The position numbers and the translations under genes were made by a program. DNA of 64,000 bases from Clostridiales bacterium (GTDB lineage Bacteria > Bacillota > Clostridia > Christensenellales > Borkfalkiaceae): NCBI GenBank assembly GCA_022781715.1, contig JALETB010000094.1, positions 11,339 through 75,338 on the forward strand, in the 5' to 3' direction. Within the stretch, counting starts at the first letter, position 1, and each line of letters begins with the position of its first letter. The notes under the pieces are model-generated. The model made no database searches. It was not told where the DNA came from and worked only from the letters and a program-made list of their open reading frames with translations. Of this stretch, positions 45,210 through 53,037 are shown in pieces.

Positions 45210-45413
45210 ATGATTAATTATCCGCCGATAGATGAATTGGCTGAAAAGACAGGTTCAAAATACGCGCTTTGCGTTGTGGCAAGCAAGAGAGCAAGGCAAC
45301 TTATCGACCATGCTCACAATCAGGGTTTAACGGAACTTCCGAGCAAAGAAAAGCCCCTTTCAGAGGCAGCCGAGGAAATTTACGAAGATAAGGTAACCGT
45401 ATCCAAATATTAA
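45210..45413 (+). CDS. rpoZ: DNA-directed RNA polymerase subunit omega
   Basis: 67 aa with SKYALCVVASKRARQL. Confidence 0.9.
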   Translation: MINYPPIDELAEKTGSKYALCVVASKRARQLIDHAHNQGLTELPSKEKPLSEAAEEIYEDKVTVSKY

Positions 45414-45420
45414 GAACCCG

Positions 45421-45468
45421 ACGGAACGGCTCGTGACAAGCGAGTTGTTCCGTTATATTTTTTTTTAA
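45421..45468 (+). terminator. Intrinsic terminator after rpoZ
   Basis: ACGGAAC..CTCG / CGAG..GTTCCGT hairpin (45421-45453), followed by a TATATTTTTTTTT tract. Confidence 0.7.
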
Positions 45469-45552
45469 AATTCCCGCACTTAATACGCCGTTTGCTCGCG
45501 GCTTGCGTTATTCGCGACAGGACTAATAATTTTACGTTTTCAAGGAGGAAAT

Positions 45553-47751
45553 ATGTTTGCCGAAGTAATCGTCGACGTTGCGCACAGTGAAACCGACAGA
45601 GTTTTCGACTACGCTTTTTCCGATGAAAACGTTAAAGTCGGGTGCAGGGTAGAAGTGCCGTTCGGGCGACAGAACAAGGAAGGGTTTGTAATAGGGCAGA
45701 AAGAAAAGTCCGAAGTTCCGCCCGATAAAATCAGGAGCGTTTTGCGTGTGCTTGACGATTTTCCCGCAATAAACGAAGAATGCCTCTCTTTGGCAAGATA
45801 CGTCAAGCAAACTTATCACGTTCCGTTTGCCGCCGCGCTGAGATTGTTTATCCCGGCAGAACTTCGCGGCGGACGAGTTAAAGAAAAAACGGTTTGTATT
45901 TTATCTGTTTCGGGTGATATAAGCGAGGAAGGAATGCTTTTGTCGCTCAGAAAAGGCTCAACCGCTCAGGAAAACGCGATAAAGTATCTTTTTGAAGAGA
46001 AAAGAGCGTTAAGGTCGGTAATGACCGATAAATTCGGAGCGTCGGCAATAAAATCGCTCGTTCAAAAAGGGTTTTTCGTCGAATCGCAGGAAAAGGCGGG
46101 CAGAACGCCCTATAAAGAACTCGATGCGTTCTCAAAAAACGTAACCCTTTCGGACGAGCAGAAAAAGGCGATCGAAATGATCGAAACGACGAAAAAAGTC
46201 GTAACGCTTTTATTCGGCGTAACGGGCAGCGGAAAAACCGAAGTTTACCTTCGCCTTATCAACGAGTGCCTTAAAAACGGAAGAACGGCGATAATGCTTG
46301 TTCCCGAAATCGCGCTCACTCCGCAAATGCTCGGGCAACTCCGTGCAAGGTTCGAAGGAAGCGTGTCCATTCTTCACAGCGGATTATCTGCAGGCGAAAG
46401 GTATGACGAATGGCTGAAACTTAAAACGGGAGAATCGAAAATCGCAATAGGCGCGAGAAGCGCGATTTTCGCGCCGCTTGAGAACGTTGGACTGATAATT
46501 GTGGACGAAGAACACGATTCGAGTTACGACGCTGAAACAAGTCCGAGATATAAAACGGTTGATGTGGCAATAAAACGCGCACTGATATCCGGGGCGAAAG
46601 TCGTTCTCGGCAGCGCGACGCCGTCGATTGAAAGTTATGACAAAGCGATTTCGGGCGAATATCAACTCGCCGAAATGAAAAAGAGGATAAACGGCAAGCA
46701 ACTTCCTGAGTTTATCGTTGCCGATATGCGCAAAGAAGTCAGAAGAGGTAATGCGAGCATCTTTTCCGCAGACCTCAGAGAAGGGCTTAAAGAATGCCTT
46801 GCAAAAGGCGAGCAAGCGATAGTTTTTTATAATCGCAGAGGGTATTCGAGGCAGGTTATCTGTCGGGATTGCGGTTATGTGGCGAAATGCAAAAACTGCG
46901 ATATTTCCTTGAATTATCACAAAGATTACGGAATATTGAAATGTCATTATTGCGGCGCGGCGTATAATATGTTGTCTGCCTGCCCCGAGTGCGGCTCGGT
47001 TAATCTCAGTTATAGCGGCGCGGGTACGCAGAAAATAGTTTCCGAACTTCAGTCGTTGTTTCCGTCGGCTAAAATTCTGAGAATGGACAACGACACGACG
47101 CAGAACAAGGACGGACATTTCAAAATTTTAAAAGAGTTTTCGGATAGAAAGGCTGATTTTCTCGTCGGCACGCAAATGGTCGCCAAAGGGCACGATTTCC
47201 CGGACGTAACGCTCGTCGGCATTCTGGACGCGGATATGAGTTTGTATTTTTCCGATTACAGAAGCGGCGAAAGGACGTTCCAACTTATAACTCAGGTTGC
47301 CGGCAGAAGCGGCAGAGCGGACAAAAAAGGAAAGGTCGTCTTGCAGACGTACAATCCCGAAAACGACGTTCTTCGCTCGGCGATAGAGTATAATTACATA
47401 AGTTTTTTTGAGAGAGAAAAAGCGATAAGAAAGGCGACCGGCTTTCCCCCGTATGCTTTGATTGTCCGCGTTATGGTTGAATCGGAATCGGACGAAACTG
47501 CGCTCGAAACCCTAAAAACGCTTTACGTAAAAACCTCAAAAATTCATGATGAAAACAGGGATAATTTTCTTTTTTTCAATAAGATGAAAAGCCCTGTGAA
47601 ACGTATAAAAAACAAATTCAGATATCAACTTTTGATGCGTCTTACAGGCGATTATGAAAAGGTTAAAGACGAAATTTACGCCGCGGCGGAGGAATCGAAA
47701 TCTTCATCGGCGTTGTGCTACGTTGAGGAAAATCCGTCTAATTTATATTAA
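45553..47751 (+). CDS. priA: Primosomal protein N' (replication restart helicase PriA)
   Basis: 732 aa with Walker A GVTGSGKTEVY, DEEHD and the Cys-rich zinc region CRDCGYVAKCKNCDISLNYH...CHYCG...CPECGS. Confidence 0.95.
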   Translation: MFAEVIVDVAHSETDRVFDYAFSDENVKVGCRVEVPFGRQNKEGFVIGQKEKSEVPPDKIRSVLRVLDDFPAINEECLSLARYVKQTYHVPFAAALRLFIPAELRGGRVKEKTVCILSVSGDISEEGMLLSLRKGSTAQENAIKYLFEEKRALRSVMTDKFGASAIKSLVQKGFFVESQEKAGRTPYKELDAFSKNVTLSDEQKKAIEMIETTKKVVTLLFGVTGSGKTEVYLRLINECLKNGRTAIMLVPEIALTPQMLGQLRARFEGSVSILHSGLSAGERYDEWLKLKTGESKIAIGARSAIFAPLENVGLIIVDEEHDSSYDAETSPRYKTVDVAIKRALISGAKVVLGSATPSIESYDKAISGEYQLAEMKKRINGKQLPEFIVADMRKEVRRGNASIFSADLREGLKECLAKGEQAIVFYNRRGYSRQVICRDCGYVAKCKNCDISLNYHKDYGILKCHYCGAAYNMLSACPECGSVNLSYSGAGTQKIVSELQSLFPSAKILRMDNDTTQNKDGHFKILKEFSDRKADFLVGTQMVAKGHDFPDVTLVGILDADMSLYFSDYRSGERTFQLITQVAGRSGRADKKGKVVLQTYNPENDVLRSAIEYNYISFFEREKAIRKATGFPPYALIVRVMVESESDETALETLKTLYVKTSKIHDENRDNFLFFNKMKSPVKRIKNKFRYQLLMRLTGDYEKVKDEIYAAAEESKSSSALCYVEENPSNLY

Positions 47752-47829
47752 AAAATTCATATAAAAAATATCGCGCGGTTTAAAACCGTTTAATCGTTCA
47801 GCCGCGTTAAATACTTTCGGAGAATGAAT

Positions 47830-48285
47830 ATGGCAAAACTTGAAATTTTACAGATAGGCGACCCGATTTTAAGACAGAAATGCGAAAAGGTTGAAAATAT
47901 CGATCTTAACCTGATAAAATTGCTCGACGATATGAAAGAAACGCTCGAGTTCGCTCAAGGCGCGGGGCTTGCCGCGCCGCAGGTCGGCAAGAGCATAAGA
48001 GTTTTTATCGTGCAGACCGACGACGGTTATTTTGAATTTATCAACCCGAGAATTCTCGGCGTGTCCGGTTCGCAATACGGCGTGGAGGGTTGTCTTTCGG
48101 TTAAAGGAAAGTGGGGCGACGTGAAGCGCCCGAACAAGGTCACCGTCGAAGCGTTTGACAGATTCGGTAAAAAATTCAAACTCGTCGCGCGCGAATTCAC
48201 CGCTCGCGCGATTTGTCACGAATACGACCATCTCGACGGCATTCTTTACGTTGATAAAGCGAATAATTTAAGGGACGACGTTTAA
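47830..48285 (+). CDS. def: Peptide deformylase
   Basis: GLAAPQVG, EGCLS and HEYDHLDG motifs. ATG 47830 has better RBS spacing than the track start at 47824. Confidence 0.94.
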   Translation: MAKLEILQIGDPILRQKCEKVENIDLNLIKLLDDMKETLEFAQGAGLAAPQVGKSIRVFIVQTDDGYFEFINPRILGVSGSQYGVEGCLSVKGKWGDVKRPNKVTVEAFDRFGKKFKLVAREFTARAICHEYDHLDGILYVDKANNLRDDV

Positions 48286-48286
48286 C

Positions 48287-49249
48287 ATGAAGATAATTTA
48301 TCTCGGCACGCCCGAATTTGCCGTCAAACCGCTAGAAAACGTTATCGAGTCGGGCATACACGAAGTTGTTGCGGTTGTGTGTCAGCCGGACAGACCTGTA
48401 GGAAGAAAAGCCGTAATAACGCCTCCGCCGACTAAAATCATTGCGCAAAAATACGGTATTCCGGTTCTGCAATTCGAAAAAATCCGCAACGGCGGGGCGA
48501 AAGAATTGAAAAAATTCAACGCGGATATTATGGTTACGTGCGCATACGGGCAGATTTTGACAAAAGATATTCTCGACGTCTGCAAATTCGGAGTAATCAA
48601 TATTCACGCGTCGCTTTTGCCCAAATATCGCGGTGCCGCGCCTATTCAGTATGCTATCGTCTGCGGCGAAACCGAAACGGGCGTTACGTTTATGAAGACC
48701 GAAGAGGGACTCGATACGGGTGACATTATCTGCGCTTACAAAACGGAAATCAGAGAATGCGAAACTTCCGCGGAACTCGCCGAACGGCTTTCCTGTATGG
48801 GGGCGGAGCATATAAACGAGGTTCTTTCGTCGATAGAAAACGGCACGGCGACTTATACAAAACAGGATGATAGTCTTGCCAACGTCGTAAAAACCATAAA
48901 AAAGGAAAACACCGTAGTCGATTTCAATGGTTCGGGCAAAGAAACGGCAGATTTTATAAACGGAATGTTTCCTCTTGCTTATTCTTTCTGTAAAGGTAAA
49001 AAATATAAATTTTATCGCGCGAAACAAGCAAACGTTTTTTCGGGCGACGGCAAAACCGCAAAAGCCGGCGAAGTGATTTTTGCGGATAAAAGGCTTATCG
49101 TTGCCTGCGGCTGTTCGGCGGTCGAAATTCTCGAACTTCAGGAAGAGGGCGGGAAAAGACTTGCCGCGAGAGATTTTCTCAACGGAAGAAAGATTCTTGC
49201 GGGGGACGTTTTTTCCGCCGGAAACACCAATGAAAACAAAAAAGCATGA
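48287..49249 (+). CDS. fmt: Methionyl-tRNA formyltransferase
   Basis: 320 aa with IIYLGTPEFAV and HASLLPKYRGAAPIQ. Confidence 0.95.
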   Translation: MKIIYLGTPEFAVKPLENVIESGIHEVVAVVCQPDRPVGRKAVITPPPTKIIAQKYGIPVLQFEKIRNGGAKELKKFNADIMVTCAYGQILTKDILDVCKFGVINIHASLLPKYRGAAPIQYAIVCGETETGVTFMKTEEGLDTGDIICAYKTEIRECETSAELAERLSCMGAEHINEVLSSIENGTATYTKQDDSLANVVKTIKKENTVVDFNGSGKETADFINGMFPLAYSFCKGKKYKFYRAKQANVFSGDGKTAKAGEVIFADKRLIVACGCSAVEILELQEEGGKRLAARDFLNGRKILAGDVFSAGNTNENKKA

Positions 49250-50493
49250 TTAACGTTTTTTACGATAGTTACCGTATACTTTTTCTCGTGTATTCCGACG
49301 GCGCATTTTTAAAACAGGCTATGTCGGACGTTTTTATCGAAGAGAAGAACAGAGCGCATATGACGAAGATATGTTACGGCGTTCTGGACAGAGATATAGA
49401 GTTCGAATACGTCTTTTCAAAGTTGTGCGACAAAAGACCCAAACAGGCTGTCCGCATTATTCTGAAGATTGCGATGTATTCGATAAAATACCTCAAAACC
49501 GCACCATACGCCGTCGTCGACGCGGCGGTGGAACTCATAAAAAAACTCGGCAAAGGCGGTATGTCCGGCTTTGTGAACGCTTTTTTAAGGAAATATGCTT
49601 CTTACAAGATGGCAGAACCCGTCGATGAAATGCAAAAACTTTCCGTAAAATATTCTTATCCCATTTTCGCCGTGAAAAGGCTTTGCGCCGATTACGGCAA
49701 GAAAACCGCGGAAAAGATTATGGGCGCGGACTCGGAAATGACGACTGTGAGATTTGATTCGTCGGTATGTGGCGAAGAATATCTCGAAGGCAAACGTTGG
49801 GTTTATGAAAAGACGCCGTTTTTCAACACCTTTTTCGTTAAAGGTTTTAAAAGGGATTCTGATTTCGATAGGGGCTTTTATACTTTTCAGTCTATAGGCA
49901 GCGTGGCGATATGCGATATGGTCAAGGGCGGAAACGCTTTGCTCGACGGCTGCGCGGCCCCCGGCGGAAAGAGCGTTAATCTTGCCGATAAGTTCAACTC
50001 GGTCACTTCGTTCGAACTTCACGAACACAGAGTGGAATTGATAAAAGATTACGCCCGTCGGATGAATAAAACCAATATTACGGCTGTCTGCAAGGATTCG
50101 TCGGTATATGACGAAGAGTATTTTGAAAAATTCGACGCCGTTTTGTGCGACGTGCCGTGCAGCGGTTACGGCGTTGTAAAGGATAATCCGGACATAAAAC
50201 TGAGAAGAACGGAAGAAGACGTCGAAAAGATTTCCGAAACTCAATTAAAAATTCTCGAAACCTGTTCGCGTTACGTCAAAAGAGGCGGTTATCTTTACTA
50301 TTCCACCTGTTCCGTTTTCAAAAGCGAAAACGAGGGCGTTTGTCTGGAATTTCTACGTAAACACGCCGATTTCGCCGAGTGTGAAACAGAGCCGAAACTT
50401 AATCATCTGAAAATGAAAGTCGGCGTGTCTTTCTTGCCCGATTTGTCTTTCGGCGCAGGCTTTTATTTCTGCAAGTTCAAAAAATCCGAATAA
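49246..50493 (+). CDS. rsmB: 16S rRNA (cytosine967-C5)-methyltransferase RsmB/Sun-like
   Basis: 415 aa with the SAM motif DGCAAPGGKS, and DVPCSGYGV plus YSTCS carrying the catalytic cysteines. ATGA overlap with fmt. Confidence 0.85.
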   Translation: MINVFYDSYRILFLVYSDGAFLKQAMSDVFIEEKNRAHMTKICYGVLDRDIEFEYVFSKLCDKRPKQAVRIILKIAMYSIKYLKTAPYAVVDAAVELIKKLGKGGMSGFVNAFLRKYASYKMAEPVDEMQKLSVKYSYPIFAVKRLCADYGKKTAEKIMGADSEMTTVRFDSSVCGEEYLEGKRWVYEKTPFFNTFFVKGFKRDSDFDRGFYTFQSIGSVAICDMVKGGNALLDGCAAPGGKSVNLADKFNSVTSFELHEHRVELIKDYARRMNKTNITAVCKDSSVYDEEYFEKFDAVLCDVPCSGYGVVKDNPDIKLRRTEEDVEKISETQLKILETCSRYVKRGGYLYYSTCSVFKSENEGVCLEFLRKHADFAECETEPKLNHLKMKVGVSFLPDLSFGAGFYFCKFKKSE

Positions 50494-50503
50494 CAGGTAG
50501 AAA

Positions 50504-51556
50504 ATGAAAATATTACAGGATCTTAGCGTAAGCGAACTTAAAGAACTCGTCCTTTCTTACGGTGAAAAGCCGTACAGGGCGACTCAACTGTTCAAAGGAC
50601 TTGCTCAAGGCAAAAAAATATCCGAAATATCCGACATATCGAAATCTTTCCGTGAGAAACTTCTTGAAACTTACGCCGACAGCGCGGTTGAAATTATTGA
50701 GGTTAAAACTTCGGCGATAGACGGTACGAAAAAACTGCTTTTCAGGCTTAGCGACGGAAACGTTATCGAAGGCGTCGTTATGCAGTATAAATACGGCAAC
50801 ACGCAGTGCGTTTCAACGCAGGTCGGTTGCAGAATGGGTTGCGCGTTCTGCGCATCCGGTATAGGCGGACTGGTGAGAAACCTGACCGCAGGCGAGATTT
50901 ATTCCGAGATTATCGCCGTAAACAAATTTCTCGGCGGAACCGCGGATAAAAGAAGCATAACCAACGTTGTTTTAATGGGAAGCGGCGAACCGCTCGATAA
51001 TTACGATAACACGGTTAAATTTATAAGACTTCTGGCGGATGAAAACGGGTTGAACGTAAGCCCGAGAAACGTCAGCCTTTCCACATGCGGGCTTGTTCCG
51101 CAGATTTATAAACTCGCGGACGAGGGCTTGGACGTCAATCTCACCGTGTCTTTGCATAATCCTTTCGACGAGAAGAGAAAAGATCTCATGCCGATAGCGA
51201 AAAAATACAAGGTGAGCGAAATTCTCGACGCTTGTACTGCATATTTCAAAAAAACGGGCAGAAGATACATTTTCGAATATTCGCTCGTGAAAGGGCAGAA
51301 TGACGGAAAAGAATGCGCGGACGAACTCGTCAGACTTTTAAAAGGCAGACATTGTCATGTTAATCTGATAAGGCTGAACGAAGTTAAGGAGAAAAATCTT
51401 GAAGCGACTTCGGATAAAGACGCTTACAGATTTCTCGGTTTGCTTGAAAAAGGCGGGTTATCGGCCACGGTAAGGCGGCAGATGGGCGTCGATATAGACG
51501 GCGCTTGCGGGCAACTCAGGCGTAAATATTTAGGGGAGGAACGGAGTTCTGATTAA
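50504..51556 (+). CDS. rlmN: 23S rRNA/tRNA (adenine-C2)-methyltransferase RlmN (radical SAM)
   Basis: 350 aa with the CRMGCAFCAS cluster motif, MGSGEPLDN and the C-terminal catalytic Cys GACGQL. Confidence 0.95.
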   Translation: MKILQDLSVSELKELVLSYGEKPYRATQLFKGLAQGKKISEISDISKSFREKLLETYADSAVEIIEVKTSAIDGTKKLLFRLSDGNVIEGVVMQYKYGNTQCVSTQVGCRMGCAFCASGIGGLVRNLTAGEIYSEIIAVNKFLGGTADKRSITNVVLMGSGEPLDNYDNTVKFIRLLADENGLNVSPRNVSLSTCGLVPQIYKLADEGLDVNLTVSLHNPFDEKRKDLMPIAKKYKVSEILDACTAYFKKTGRRYIFEYSLVKGQNDGKECADELVRLLKGRHCHVNLIRLNEVKEKNLEATSDKDAYRFLGLLEKGGLSATVRRQMGVDIDGACGQLRRKYLGEERSSD

Positions 51557-52391
51557 AGGGAGAGTAATAAAAATTCATTCCGGCAAATATTTCGTCAAAT
51601 CCGATAGCGGAACGGAGATTTGCACGGCGAAAGGCGCGCTGAAAATTAAGTCTGACGGCATTTCGACTGGCGATTTCGTAACGACGGAAAACGGCGTTAT
51701 TACCGAAGTCTTACCACGAAAAAACAGGCTGAAACGTCCGAACGTCGCAAATATAGATCTCGTTGCGATAGTCGTCGGCAGACCGCCCGAACCGGATTTT
51801 TATCTTATCGATAAACTCATCGGGATTTGCACGATAAATTCGATTGACGTCGTGCTTATCGTCAATAAACTCGACCTCGAAGCCGAAAACGCGAAAAGAA
51901 TCGATGAAAATTATTCGGGCGCGGTTTCGGGAATTTATAAGGTTTCGGCAAAAACCGGCGAAGGAATCGACGAATTGTTTTCGGCTTTTACCGGTAAACT
52001 CATTGTTTTTGCGGGACAGTCCGCCGTCGGAAAAACTTCGATTTTAAATCGTGTTTCCGGCGAGAACAGACAGGTGGGCGAATTGAGCAGAAAAACCGAA
52101 CGAGGGAAACAGACGACGACCGTTTCGGAAATAATTGAGAAAAACGGGGTCGAAATCATGGATACTCCGGGTTTTTCGGCGATCGATATTTCGCTCGGAG
52201 AGGACGAACTTCCTCATTCTTATCCCGAATTCCTGCCATATCTCGGAGAATGCAGATTTTCCGATTGCAGGCATACGAACGAACCCGATTGTGCGATTAA
52301 AAATGCCGTTTCGGGCGGAAAAATAAATAAAGAAAGGTATACGAGGTATACCGAGATATATAAGGAATTAAAAAATGGCAAAAAACGTTAA
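51549..52391 (+). CDS. rsgA: Ribosome small-subunit-dependent GTPase A; start codon non-canonical (CTG 51549 or ATT 51552)
   Basis: The frame is open from 51534. (L)IKGRVIKIHSGKYFVKSD... is the conserved RsgA OB domain. VNKLDL, GQSAVGKTSIL, DTPGF and the zinc knuckle CRFSDCRHTNEPDCA are present. The first ATG/GTG/TTG in frame is GTG 51852 (the track start), which would delete 100 conserved residues. Confidence 0.85.
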   Translation: MIKGRVIKIHSGKYFVKSDSGTEICTAKGALKIKSDGISTGDFVTTENGVITEVLPRKNRLKRPNVANIDLVAIVVGRPPEPDFYLIDKLIGICTINSIDVVLIVNKLDLEAENAKRIDENYSGAVSGIYKVSAKTGEGIDELFSAFTGKLIVFAGQSAVGKTSILNRVSGENRQVGELSRKTERGKQTTTVSEIIEKNGVEIMDTPGFSAIDISLGEDELPHSYPEFLPYLGECRFSDCRHTNEPDCAIKNAVSGGKINKERYTRYTEIYKELKNGKKR

Positions 52392-53037
52392 AATTGCTCC
52401 GTCGATGCTGTCCGCCGATTTTTCGGCGATGGGCGACGAACTTGAAAGAGTTATTAAGGCCGGCGCGGACGTAATTCATCTGGACGTTATGGACGGAGTG
52501 TTCGTTCCGAATATAACTTTCGGAATCAAAATGGTTCGGGATCTCAAAAAAAGAGCGGAAGGAAAGCCGCTCGATTGTCATCTGATGATAGTTTCGCCCG
52601 AAAAATACGTGAAGAAATTTGCGGAGGCGGGCGCGGATTATATAACCGTGCATTATGAAGCGTGCAAGGAAAATCTTGCCGAAGTATTGAAATCGATCAA
52701 ACAATGCGGCGTGAAATGCGGGCTTGTAATCAATCCGGATACGCCGGTCGAAAAAATCGAAAAGGATATTCCTTTATGCGATATGGTTCTCGTGATGAGC
52801 GTGTTCCCCGGGTTCGGCGGGCAGTCGTTTATTCCCGAAGTTCTGGATAAATGCAGAGAAATCAGAGCGATTATCGATAAAAATAATTTTGACTGCCTTC
52901 TTGAAATAGACGGCGGAATAAATAGTGAAACTTCGAAACTTGCCATCGAGGCGGGCTGCGACGTTCTTGTTGCAGGGAGCGCGGTTTTCGGAGCGGCGGA
53001 CGCCGGAACTGCTATAAATAATCTCAAAGGAAGATGA
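52375..53037 (+). CDS. rpe: Ribulose-phosphate 3-epimerase
   Basis: 220 aa with IAPSMLSADF, HLDVMDGVFVPN, VNPGFGGQ-like SVFPGFGGQSF and EIDGGI. Confidence 0.95.
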   Translation: MAKNVKIAPSMLSADFSAMGDELERVIKAGADVIHLDVMDGVFVPNITFGIKMVRDLKKRAEGKPLDCHLMIVSPEKYVKKFAEAGADYITVHYEACKENLAEVLKSIKQCGVKCGLVINPDTPVEKIEKDIPLCDMVLVMSVFPGFGGQSFIPEVLDKCREIRAIIDKNNFDCLLEIDGGINSETSKLAIEAGCDVLVAGSAVFGAADAGTAINNLKGR

